Shown here: in pieces, positions 27,478 to 36,027 of the stretch
Position numbering within the stretch: the stretch's first letter is position 1
Layout of the letters: every line of letters starts with the position of its first letter
DNA from: Alphaproteobacteria bacterium
GTDB taxonomy: Bacteria > Pseudomonadota > Alphaproteobacteria > JBFXJJ01
Direction of reading: 5' to 3'
NCBI GenBank assembly: GCA_050175015.1
Contig: JBFXJJ010000015.1
Coordinates: 1 to 52,295, forward strand
Length of the DNA stretch: 52,295 nucleotides
The notes under the pieces: model-generated
Seen by the model: the letters and a program-made list of their open reading frames with translations, nothing else
Database searches by the model: none
What the model was told of the DNA's origin: nothing
Made by a program: the position numbers and the translations under genes

Positions 27478-28241
27478 AATAAAGCCGTTTGATAAAAAAA
27501 CAGATTGTTTTCTGATTGGTTAAGTGATGATTTCGCCCACAGGCTTGTGCCATAGTCAAAATGCCACCATTCATTGGGATTGGCAGCAAAATCTTCTTCT
27601 ATCATAAAATGATGTAATATCCGCCTGTTATATAGGGCGGCTATATCGCTTTTAGAAAGGTCTGAGGTGCCTTGTTTGTGTTCAAACCACATTGCAGCAC
27701 TCACGGCAGAATCTTCATCAAAAATGCTGCCCATAAAAAGCTGTTCTTTAGTTTTGATAAACCGCAGGGTTAAATCAACAGCGCCGCCTGTTGAGTGGAC
27801 GGGGTGTGTTAAAGGGTTGCTTTTATCGAAGTTATTGGGAGGAAAGCAATAAGTTTGGGCAATCTCTTCCGCTTCCTGATAATTTTTAGCAGTTTTTTGA
27901 GCTTCTGAAACAAAATGATTCCATAGTTTAATTTGGGTATCAATTGGTCTAAAGGCATCAAAAACAAATAATTCCAAGCCGTATTTATTAGCTTTTTCGT
28001 TAATTCGTACTAATTTTTCTGCAACCGTCTTACGGCTTAATAATTCTTGAAAACTAGAAATTGTTTTGCAGTAAGGATAATTTAATTTATCGGTACGGGC
28101 ATAATAGTTTTGACCTGAGATGTGGTAGTCTTTGAGAGAGACTAGAGGGTCTTTGGCAAGAATATGGTCAGCATTATATTCAGGGATAATGTTTCTAACA
28201 TTAAAATTATTTATAGGTTTTTGATAAATCTCTTCAAGCAT
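27474..28241 (-). CDS. D-Ala-D-Ala dipeptidase (VanX/DdpX, peptidase M15)
   Basis: DAFRP, HSTGGAVDLT, EWWHFDYG. Confidence 0.9.
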   Translation of the reverse strand: MLEEIYQKPINNFNVRNIIPEYNADHILAKDPLVSLKDYHISGQNYYARTDKLNYPYCKTISSFQELLSRKTVAEKLVRINEKANKYGLELFVFDAFRPIDTQIKLWNHFVSEAQKTAKNYQEAEEIAQTYCFPPNNFDKSNPLTHPVHSTGGAVDLTLRFIKTKEQLFMGSIFDEDSAVSAAMWFEHKQGTSDLSKSDIAALYNRRILHHFMIEEDFAANPNEWWHFDYGTSLWAKSSLNQSENNLFFYQTALF

Positions 28242-28340
28242 AGTGAACCAGTTCTAAAAATTATATTAAATAAATTTAGGACAATTTTACTACAATGAAA
28301 GGATTTAAAAACAATAAATTGCAAAGTGCAGATAAAAAAA

Positions 28341-28416
28341 TGGTGCCCAGGGGCGGAATTGAACCACCGACACGAAGATTTTCAGTCTCCTGCTCTACCA
28401 ACTGAGCTACCTGGGC
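28341..28416 (-). tRNA. tRNA-Phe (GAA)
   Basis: Reverse complement GCCCAGGTAGCTCAGTTGGTAGAGCAGGAGACTGAAAATCTTCGTGTCGGTGGTTCAATTCCGCCCCTGGGCACCA. Confidence 0.97.
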
Positions 28417-28483
28417 AACGCTTGTTTAAAAACAAGTATGTTTTTTCTATATATGATAACCAAACAATTGTCTAGTATCTTTT

Positions 28484-28684
28484 TTAATCTATTTCATCTT
28501 CTTGAGAAAAATTTTCAATATCAGTACTGCCTTCAATGACGTATTTACCATTGAGCCAATGCCCTAAATCCACGTCAGCACAATGCTTAGAGCAAAAAGG
28601 TTTATACCTTCTAACCGATGGTTTTTTGCATACTGGACACGTGCTTCCTTTTATGGGGATATCTGTTATTTTATCATCAGTCAT
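28484..28684 (-). CDS. yacG: DNA gyrase inhibitor YacG
   Basis: CPVC...PFCSKHCADVDL..W; synteny with rng and tRNA-Phe; likely start MTDDK. Confidence 0.92.
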   Translation of the reverse strand: MTDDKITDIPIKGSTCPVCKKPSVRRYKPFCSKHCADVDLGHWLNGKYVIEGSTDIENFSQEDEID

Positions 28685-28694
28685 TTTTCTTGTC

Positions 28695-29882
28695 TCATTC
28701 ATTAAAAAAAGTTTCAAACATAGGTTTTAAAGGCAAATTAGAGTAGTTATTGCCATAAATACTATCACTGCCGCCTAAAATTTCAAGCGTTGTTGGTCTG
28801 ATTCTTTCCCTTGATATTTCAATATTGCCTAAGGGCGATACTCCTGCAACGTAACTATTAACCGAATCGTTTTCTAAATGGGTTTTTATGAGGTCTGCAA
28901 TTCTTTTTAGTGTTTTTAATGACGGTAAGAATGGGGGGTCTATGATTATTTTGCCAGATAAATTCCGTAGCTGAATTTGATAAGCAGCCTCTTTAACCCA
29001 AAGTTCTAAAAAATCATCATTATTTTTGGCACTTTCAGAATCAATATCAATAGCCGTTAGAGCAGGGGTTTGGATAATAGAGATAAATCCTTTAGGCTGT
29101 AACTTGACTTTGTGCGAAAAGACGGTCTCAATAGCTTCTTTAATTTCATATAAATCGAAGATCCGGTTTTTGTTACCAATAAATTCAAGCTCTATATTAA
29201 ATTCAGGAAAAGTATGGAAACAAAAATTTTTGATATGGTTGTATGAGCTGACATCATTAGTCGTAATCTTTTCTAAATTTTCTATGTTCTCAGTCACAAA
29301 TAATTCTAATTGATTGCTACTAGATGGCATCTTAGTTAAAGGTTTTAGGTTGTGTGCTAAGAGTTCTTGGCTTTTGTTTCTAAAGTTTATTAATTCTAAT
29401 TTGATATTCTCTATAGATGTGTTAGCGGCAGAACTTCTGATAATAAGGCTTTCTTGAGGCATTATTTGATCTAAGAAGTTTTTTTGTAAAGTTTCTTTGT
29501 TTTGAGCGTTTAATTTTCGTGAAAGTGATAAACCTTTGTTTTCTAGCGGTTTATATATTATAAAGTTGCCAACAAAACTAATATCGGTTGTCATCTCCGG
29601 AATTTTGCCCGCGCCAGTTTTTTTTACCATTGCTAGAATTTTGGAACCAAGGCTTAATTTCTCGCCCTTTGTTTTGAGATAGCCTAATTTGTCTTTTTGA
29701 TATTCAACAAAAAAAGCATTCTCCGTTTCGACCTTGTTCCTTACTATGCTATAATAAATATCGTTAATTTGGGCTTCATCTTGAACAACTGCAAAAAAGT
29801 CTAAAGGTTTTTCATCAAGAAATGTGGTGAGTAATTCTACAGTATTAGACTTTAGGTGAACTATTTGATTAGGTATAAGCAA
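28695..29882 (-). CDS. Ribonuclease E/G-family protein
   Basis: IIRS.A, TAIDID, QIQLRNLSG.IIID, G.IEISRER; lies between maf and yacG. Confidence 0.88.
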   Translation of the reverse strand: MLIPNQIVHLKSNTVELLTTFLDEKPLDFFAVVQDEAQINDIYYSIVRNKVETENAFFVEYQKDKLGYLKTKGEKLSLGSKILAMVKKTGAGKIPEMTTDISFVGNFIIYKPLENKGLSLSRKLNAQNKETLQKNFLDQIMPQESLIIRSSAANTSIENIKLELINFRNKSQELLAHNLKPLTKMPSSSNQLELFVTENIENLEKITTNDVSSYNHIKNFCFHTFPEFNIELEFIGNKNRIFDLYEIKEAIETVFSHKVKLQPKGFISIIQTPALTAIDIDSESAKNNDDFLELWVKEAAYQIQLRNLSGKIIIDPPFLPSLKTLKRIADLIKTHLENDSVNSYVAGVSPLGNIEISRERIRPTTLEILGGSDSIYGNNYSNLPLKPMFETFFNE

Positions 29883-29885
29883 GAA

Positions 29886-30473
29886 TTATTTCCTCTTAAT
29901 ATCAGGATAAATAGATTTGCCAGAAAGAATATTGGCTGTTTCACAAAGTGGAAGCCCAACAACATTAGAGTAGGAGCCTGAGATTTTTTTTACATAGGCT
30001 CCAGCCATACCTTGAATAGCATAGCCGCCGGCTTTTCCTTCCCATTCGTTTGATGCTAGATATTCATTTTTTTCACGGGTAGAAAGGCGCTTAAAAGTAA
30101 CTCTTGTTAAAACCGTTTTAGTTGTTTTGAAATCTTTTGACATTAAACATATGCTGCTATAAACGCGGTGACTTTTACCTGAAATTGAATTAAGGCATTT
30201 TTGGGCATCTTGTTCTGTTTCTGCTTTAGGAAGAATTCTCCTGCCGCAGGCCACAACCGTATCTGATGCTAAAATAACAGCGTCAGGGTTTTCATTTAAG
30301 ATTTTTTCAGCTTTAGTTTCTGCCATACGTTTAGCGTAAATTGGCGGGAGTTCATTTGGGAGCGGTGTTTCGTCAATATGGGCTGGAATTATCGCACAAG
30401 GGCTATAATTTATTTGTTCTAATAGTTCTATTCTGCGTGGAGACGACGAAGCTAAAATAAAACTGTTGCTCAT
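29886..30473 (-). CDS. maf: Maf-family nucleotide pyrophosphatase
   Basis: ILASSSPRR, DET, SDTVV, KAGGYAIQG, NVVGLP; start MSNSF after AAGGA. Confidence 0.95.
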   Translation of the reverse strand: MSNSFILASSSPRRIELLEQINYSPCAIIPAHIDETPLPNELPPIYAKRMAETKAEKILNENPDAVILASDTVVACGRRILPKAETEQDAQKCLNSISGKSHRVYSSICLMSKDFKTTKTVLTRVTFKRLSTREKNEYLASNEWEGKAGGYAIQGMAGAYVKKISGSYSNVVGLPLCETANILSGKSIYPDIKRK

Positions 30474-30507
30474 AATTTTTTCCTTTAAATTTTTTAAACA
30501 AAAAATA

Positions 30508-30547
30508 AAAAAACACCTGACCAAATATTTTTTAGGCAGGTGTTTTT
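30508..30547 (-). terminator. Terminator downstream of dksA
   Basis: AAAAACACCTG...CAGGTGTTTTT inverted repeat with A tract. Confidence 0.75.
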
Positions 30548-30565
30548 AGATGTAGCATAAAAGAA

Positions 30566-30985
30566 TTATTCGTCGCTATAGGTTTTTTCCATTCTTTCAT
30601 GTCTTTCTTGTGCTTCAATAGAGTAGGCTGCAATAGGTCTTGCTTCGAGACGTTCTAAATTTATAGGTTCGCCGGTTTCTTCGCAGTAACCATATGTTCC
30701 TTCCTCAATTTTACGCAAAGCAACGTCAATTTTTGATATTAATTTCCTTGCTCTATCTCTAGTTCTAAGTTCCAAAGCTTTTTCGGTTTCTGCTGAAGCT
30801 CTATCATTCAAGTCAGGAAGGACAAGTCCGCCTTCTTTAAGTGAGTCAAGTGTCTCTTCAGATTCTTTTAAAAGTTCTGACCGCCATTTAACTAATTTAA
30901 CGCGAAAATACTCTTTTTGAAAATCATTCATAAATTCTTCGTCATTATTAGGACGGTAATCTGGAGGTAAAGTAATTGTAGTCAT
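30566..30985 (-). CDS. dksA: RNA polymerase-binding protein DksA (single-Cys alphaproteobacterial type)
   Basis: EFMN..Q.EYFR, PDLNDRAS, ELRTRDR.RKLI.KI, YGYCEETGEPI...RLEARP. Confidence 0.97.
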   Translation of the reverse strand: MTTITLPPDYRPNNDEEFMNDFQKEYFRVKLVKWRSELLKESEETLDSLKEGGLVLPDLNDRASAETEKALELRTRDRARKLISKIDVALRKIEEGTYGYCEETGEPINLERLEARPIAAYSIEAQERHERMEKTYSDE

Positions 30986-31095
30986 TGTTTGCCACCTTTT
31001 ATTTGTATCAAAACTAAATAATGCCCAATGACTATACTAGTCATAACTTAAACCTGCAAGCATAGATTATAATTGTTTATAAATATCTTCCGCGG

Positions 31096-31530
31096 TTATT
31101 TACGAGAAAGTTTTGCTATTTCAACCTCTGCGCGGAGCTCAATTTCATCTAATATTGCGGCCAATCGGGAATCCGATATTTGCTCTCTTTTATTTCTGAT
31201 AATTTGGGCAAGCTCAATTAATTTATCTTTAGGAATGGAGCCTTTTAAAAGTCCTTCCCTAATATCATCTAAACTATCTAAAATAGCCTCACCTCTTTGA
31301 ATAAGCTTTCTTCGAGCTTTTTCATCGGTTGCATCTTCAACAGTTTGGGCAGCAAAAATTGCATTTACACCAGTTAAAACAGATGAAGATTCAACAAAAG
31401 AGGTTTCTTCCATTTCATCATCAACTGATAAAAGAGATGCAAAGCTGCTGCCTGATGCGGAGCTGCTTTTTGAGCTTTTTTTGCTTGATCCAACTGATTT
31501 AGTTGAACCTGAACCACCTACTTTTATCAA
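31096..31530 (-). CDS. fliX: Flagellar assembly regulator FliX
   Basis: RG..ILD.LD..R.GLL.G, LDEIELRAEVEIAK; between dksA and flgI. Confidence 0.92.
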   Translation of the reverse strand: MIKVGGSGSTKSVGSSKKSSKSSSASGSSFASLLSVDDEMEETSFVESSSVLTGVNAIFAAQTVEDATDEKARRKLIQRGEAILDSLDDIREGLLKGSIPKDKLIELAQIIRNKREQISDSRLAAILDEIELRAEVEIAKLSRK

Positions 31531-31598
31531 TTAAACACCTTTTATAACGATAATAATTATTTTTTATGATTCTAAACAAAAGCCAAACAATAATAAAG

Positions 31599-31613
31599 AG
31601 GAAATATTTTCCT
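31599..31613. promoter_or_regulatory. Putative FlbD (ftr-like) enhancer
   Basis: Inverted repeat AGGAAA-TAT-TTTCCT about 60-75 bp upstream of the sigma54 promoter. Confidence 0.35.
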
Positions 31614-31673
31614 AGCTTTACCTTATAGGGCTTAGAGAAGTGCTTTTTAATTTTTTTGAAATTATATGAAAAG

Positions 31674-31690
31674 TTGGCACGTGTTTTGCA
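31674..31690 (+). promoter_or_regulatory. Sigma54 (RpoN) promoter of the flgI operon
   Basis: TTGGCAC-GTGTT-TTGCA, exact -24/-12 consensus. Confidence 0.85.
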
Positions 31691-31727
31691 TATTACTTTT
31701 TGATAGGTTTAAATAACTTTTTTTAAA

Positions 31728-32879
31728 GTGAGAAAAACAATGCTTTCAAATAAGATTTCTTTATTAACTTTAAAAAGAACGATGGTCTTTATGGTAGCTT
31801 TTCTTTGGGCTTTTAGTCCTTTGGAGGCTGCTGCTAATTCTCGTATCAAAGATATTGTTAATTTTGAAGGTGTCCGGACTAACGTTCTAGTTGGATACGG
31901 CTTAGTTGTAGGCTTGAATGGAACAGGTGATAACATTTCTTCGATAGTGTTTACCAAAGAAAGCTTAATCGGTATGTTAGAACGCTTAGGTATTAATACT
32001 AGAGATGGGCAATTACAGTCTAAGAATGTTGCCGCTGTTATGGTTACAGCATCGTTGCCTCCATTTTCCCGCCAAGGTTCGACTATTGATGTTACGGTAA
32101 GTGCTTTAGGTGATGCTAAAAGTCTTTTAGGCGGAACACTTATGGTTACCCCATTGGTTGGTGCTGATGGTGAAGTTTATGCTGTTGCCCAAGGTCAGTT
32201 AGCTGTTGGTGGTTATTCGGCTCAAGGTGATGCTCAAACCGTTACTAAAGGGGTGCCGACATCAGGGCGTATTGTAAATGGTGCGATTGTTGAACGAGAA
32301 ATACCATTCGAACTGAGTGATATGGAAAGTTTAAAAATTTCACTTCGTAACCCTGATTTCACCACAGCGAACAGGATTAGCAAGGCAATAAATACCTTTT
32401 TAGGGGCAATATCTTCAACTCCGCTAGATCCAGCTACAGTTTTGTTAAATATTCCTAGCGACTACAAAAACAATATTGTCGGTTTAATGACAGAAATTGA
32501 GCAGTTAAAAGTTAATCCTGATCAGTTAGCTAAAGTTATTATTGATGAACAATCTGGTATTATTGTGATTAGTGAGAATGTGAAAATCAATGAGATAGCT
32601 ATAGCTCAAGGTAATTTGACTATAAGAGTAACCGAGACGCCTCAAGTTTCGCAGCCATCACCGTTTTCTCAAACTGGCGAAACTACAACGGTGCCAAGGA
32701 CTCAAATTGAAATAGATGAGCAGGCAAAAAATAAACTAGGCGTAGTTAAGACTGGTGTGAATCTCCAAGAGCTAGTTGATGGGTTAAATGCACTAGGTGT
32801 TGGCCCTAGAGATATGATTTCAATTTTGCAGGCAATCAAGGCTTCTGGTGCTTTGCAAGCAGATATTGAGGTGATGTAA
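31728..32879 (+). CDS. flgI: Flagellar P-ring protein
   Basis: SRIKD, N.LVGYGLVVGLNGTGD, KNVAAVMVTA, GDAKSL.GG.L, QAIKASGALQA. Confidence 0.98.
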   Translation: MRKTMLSNKISLLTLKRTMVFMVAFLWAFSPLEAAANSRIKDIVNFEGVRTNVLVGYGLVVGLNGTGDNISSIVFTKESLIGMLERLGINTRDGQLQSKNVAAVMVTASLPPFSRQGSTIDVTVSALGDAKSLLGGTLMVTPLVGADGEVYAVAQGQLAVGGYSAQGDAQTVTKGVPTSGRIVNGAIVEREIPFELSDMESLKISLRNPDFTTANRISKAINTFLGAISSTPLDPATVLLNIPSDYKNNIVGLMTEIEQLKVNPDQLAKVIIDEQSGIIVISENVKINEIAIAQGNLTIRVTETPQVSQPSPFSQTGETTTVPRTQIEIDEQAKNKLGVVKTGVNLQELVDGLNALGVGPRDMISILQAIKASGALQADIEVM

Positions 32880-33229
32880 TGGATGCGTTTAGTTTACAGA
32901 CAGTAGTAGATAATACGTTAAGCCAAGCTGGAGGAAACAAGCTTGAAAGTCTTAATAAGTTGTCCTCAACAAAAGACCTCTGTGAGGCTAAAGAAACAGC
33001 CAAAGATTTTGAAGCATTCTTTATTTCACAAATGATGGAGCAAATGTTTTCGAGCATACCTACTGACGGTATGTTTGGAGGCGGACACGCAGAAAAAGTA
33101 TATCGTTCTATGATGCTAGACGAATACGGAAAAGATATAGCTGCCAATGGCGGGATTGGGATAGCTGATCAGGTTGTAAAATTTATGATAGATACCCAGA
33201 ACCAATTTGATAATAGTCAAGGAGTTTAA
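32879..33229 (+). CDS. flgJ: Rod-binding FlgJ (single domain)
   Basis: AKDFEAFFI..M, FGGGHAE..YRSM..DEY, GGIGIAD. Confidence 0.9.
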   Translation: MDAFSLQTVVDNTLSQAGGNKLESLNKLSSTKDLCEAKETAKDFEAFFISQMMEQMFSSIPTDGMFGGGHAEKVYRSMMLDEYGKDIAANGGIGIADQVVKFMIDTQNQFDNSQGV

Positions 33230-33231
33230 CC

Positions 33232-33690
33232 ATGAGTAATGTTGAAAGCCCAAATATAACACTCAAATTTGAAGGTTTATATGAAGTCCTAGTTAATCTT
33301 TGTTCTTTTTTAGATCAAGAAAACGAAGCATTAGAAAAACACGATATTGAAAAAGTGTCAGAGACACTGAATGTTAAGCAGAAATTAGCCAAGCTCTATG
33401 TCGAAATGTTGAGAGGTGTTGCTTCTAACCCTATTCATATAGCGAATCTTGATGAAGAGCGCCGCTCTATTTTTAAAGATATGGCGCTAAAGCTTAGTGA
33501 AAAAATGAAAGTTAATAAGCATTTATTGAAAGCTAATATGGAAGCAAACAAAAAGGTGATTAAAGCTATTGTTAATTCTGCAAATAATGAAATGCAGAAA
33601 GAGTCTCATGCTTATTCTGCCAGCGGCAGCCTTGGCGGACCTAAAAAGAATGGTCGTGATACAGCTTTTGCGTTTAATCAAACTCTCTAA
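33232..33690 (+). CDS. FlgN-like flagellar export chaperone
   Basis: ENEAL, K..L, helical, Y.A.G near C-terminus, position before flgK. Confidence 0.7.
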   Translation: MSNVESPNITLKFEGLYEVLVNLCSFLDQENEALEKHDIEKVSETLNVKQKLAKLYVEMLRGVASNPIHIANLDEERRSIFKDMALKLSEKMKVNKHLLKANMEANKKVIKAIVNSANNEMQKESHAYSASGSLGGPKKNGRDTAFAFNQTL

Positions 33691-33726
33691 GCTTCAAGGC
33701 AAAGAAAAGGATAAGGAGTTTTCTCT

Positions 33727-36012
33727 ATGGCACTGACAACTGGACTTCATGCTGCGATAAGCGGCTTAGCAACGGCCCAAAGCGGAATAGACCTTATTTC
33801 GCACAATGTTGCCAATGTTAATACCGAAGGTTATACAAGGAAAGTTTTTAACCAAGAGGCAATGTCTGTTTCTGGTACAGGCTGCGGTGTTAGAAGCAGC
33901 TTTGCAACTAGAGTAGTTGATGAAACGTTGCAGAAAGAACTTTGCAAGGAAAGCGGTATCTATGAAAAGATATCAATTAAGAGTTCATATCTTACAAGAC
34001 TTCAAGATAAATTTGGCGAACCAGAAGATGATAACTCGATAGCTCACACTTTAACAGATATGCAAACAGCATTTAGTACGCTGGCAACAACTCCAAATAC
34101 GTTAAGTGCTAAAAGTCAGGCAGTTAATACGGCGTCAGAACTTGCTACGCAATTAAACGACCTTTCAGAATATATTCAAACATTAAGAACCGAAGCTGAT
34201 GTCGAACTTACAGAAGTTGCAACAACGATAAACAGTCTTTTAGAAAGAATAGATTCACTTAATAGCAATATTACTCGTATTGACAATACGGGAATACAAT
34301 CAAGTTCGGATCTGAAGGATCAGAGAGATGAAGCAATCAAAGAGTTAGCAGAGTTGGTAGATATTACCTACTACGAAAGGAATTCTGGTGAAGTTGTTAT
34401 TTTAACTAAGAGCGGCAAAAGTTTGTTGGATAGGGAACCTGTTACGGTTACACACGAACGCAGCAGTATGGTTAGTGCCGAACTTACATATTCTGGTGAC
34501 TCTATTAACGGTTTCTATGCCGGAGAGTTTGATATTACTAAAGACCTTACTTCAGGTAAGGCTAGCGGTTTAATTGAACTCAGAGACAGCATTCTTCCAG
34601 AGCTTCAGTCAGAATTAGATGAATTAGCCGTTCAGTTGCGAGATCAAGTTAATGCTCTCCATAATCAAGGCGTTTCATCGGCTGATTTGCCAAGTGAGTT
34701 AACTGGAAGCAGGACGTTTATCGGATGTGATTCTGGAGATACTGGGACAGATCCTCTACAGACAATATCGATTGAAAACGGAGATGTTCGTATTACGATT
34801 TTTGATGAAGATGGTAACCAATATTATACAACAACGTTAGTCGGGGACTTAGATTTTTCAAGCGGACCGATTTATGATGAGCGCAATCACCCCGATCCTT
34901 ATGAAGTTATACCATCTGGAGATCCTTTGGTTCCAGATGAAGAAAATTATACTTTGGCAGCAACTATTGAAAATTGGCTGAAAGATCCTGATGGTCCTAA
35001 TTTGCAGTTGGCTTCAGTTGAAGTCAATACCGATGGTAATCTGGTTATAAGTTTAGGTACTAGTGAATACGGGATAGCTATTCAAGATACATCATCATCA
35101 GCATCAGGCAGTGAACAGCAAGATGTAACGATTAATTTTGATGCTAATGGTGATGGGACTAATGATGCTACTTATTCAGGATTTTCAAGCTTTTTTGGTC
35201 TTAATAACTTTTTTGAGACAACAAGCAAAGAGTATATTCACGATTCAGATATTGTTAGCAGCAGTTTAAATCTAGGGCTAACCGCGCCCGCAACATTATA
35301 TTTTTCAGATGAAGGTGGATATAGTGGTGATGATACTGGAATTAATTTTGGTTCAATCGAAATTCTGCCGACAGAATCTTTAACGGATGTTGTTAATAAG
35401 ATTAATAACGATCCAACGCTTAATGAAAGAATAAAAGCTGAATTAGTAAAAGAAGGTTCAGGCTATAGGCTGCGTATTGTTCATGCCGATGGACAGCAGC
35501 TTGAAATTACAGGCGATACTTTGGGCACAGCAGTTCTTGATAGATTGGGAATGGGTGTGTCATCTGCTGGAGTTTCAACCACTTTGAAGGTAAAAGATGA
35601 AATAGCAGAGTCCGCAAATATTAACACAGGCGTAGTCCAATATGATGCAGATTCTGGGGAATATTTTATCAGTGAAGCTGACAACACTTTGGCTACGAAG
35701 TTATCAGAATTGTTTTCTAATACGGTGTCCTTTGATCAAGCCGGTGGTTTTACTGCAACAGATACAACTTTTGCAGAATACGCAACATCTATTGTAAGTG
35801 AGGCCGCATCTCAGGCTAATACCACAAACGAAGACTTAGTATATCAAACGGATTTAACAGATTCTTTAGAGTTAAAAGTCGGAGAAATCAGTGGCGTCAG
35901 CCTTGATGAAGAACTGGCACAGCTTATTATTTTTCAACAAGCATATAGTGCATCAGCTAAAGTAATTTCAACGATTACTGCAATGTTAGATGTTTTAAAT
36001 AATATGATATAA
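33727..36012 (+). CDS. flgK: Flagellar hook-associated protein FlgK (large)
   Basis: SHNVANVNTEGYTRK, DLKDQRD, GVSLDEELAQLIIFQQAYSASAKVI. Confidence 0.96.
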   Translation: MALTTGLHAAISGLATAQSGIDLISHNVANVNTEGYTRKVFNQEAMSVSGTGCGVRSSFATRVVDETLQKELCKESGIYEKISIKSSYLTRLQDKFGEPEDDNSIAHTLTDMQTAFSTLATTPNTLSAKSQAVNTASELATQLNDLSEYIQTLRTEADVELTEVATTINSLLERIDSLNSNITRIDNTGIQSSSDLKDQRDEAIKELAELVDITYYERNSGEVVILTKSGKSLLDREPVTVTHERSSMVSAELTYSGDSINGFYAGEFDITKDLTSGKASGLIELRDSILPELQSELDELAVQLRDQVNALHNQGVSSADLPSELTGSRTFIGCDSGDTGTDPLQTISIENGDVRITIFDEDGNQYYTTTLVGDLDFSSGPIYDERNHPDPYEVIPSGDPLVPDEENYTLAATIENWLKDPDGPNLQLASVEVNTDGNLVISLGTSEYGIAIQDTSSSASGSEQQDVTINFDANGDGTNDATYSGFSSFFGLNNFFETTSKEYIHDSDIVSSSLNLGLTAPATLYFSDEGGYSGDDTGINFGSIEILPTESLTDVVNKINNDPTLNERIKAELVKEGSGYRLRIVHADGQQLEITGDTLGTAVLDRLGMGVSSAGVSTTLKVKDEIAESANINTGVVQYDADSGEYFISEADNTLATKLSELFSNTVSFDQAGGFTATDTTFAEYATSIVSEAASQANTTNEDLVYQTDLTDSLELKVGEISGVSLDEELAQLIIFQQAYSASAKVISTITAMLDVLNNMI

Positions 36013-36027
36013 TAGCGGAGAACAGCC

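Noticed and set aside
27474-28241. VanX-like gene as vancomycin resistance
   Set aside because: No vanH/A/R/S nearby; DdpX-type dipeptidases are common housekeeping genes in Gram-negatives
20080-28416. tRNA-associated integrated elements at tRNA-Arg or tRNA-Phe
   Set aside because: No integrase and no duplicated tRNA 3' end seen; the flanks are ordinary chromosomal genes
30474-30524. N-terminal extension of Maf in the ORF track
   Set aside because: It runs through the terminator and low-complexity tracts; the RBS supports ATG at 30473
30566-30985. DksA lacking the 4-Cys zinc finger
   Set aside because: Normal for alphaproteobacterial DksA
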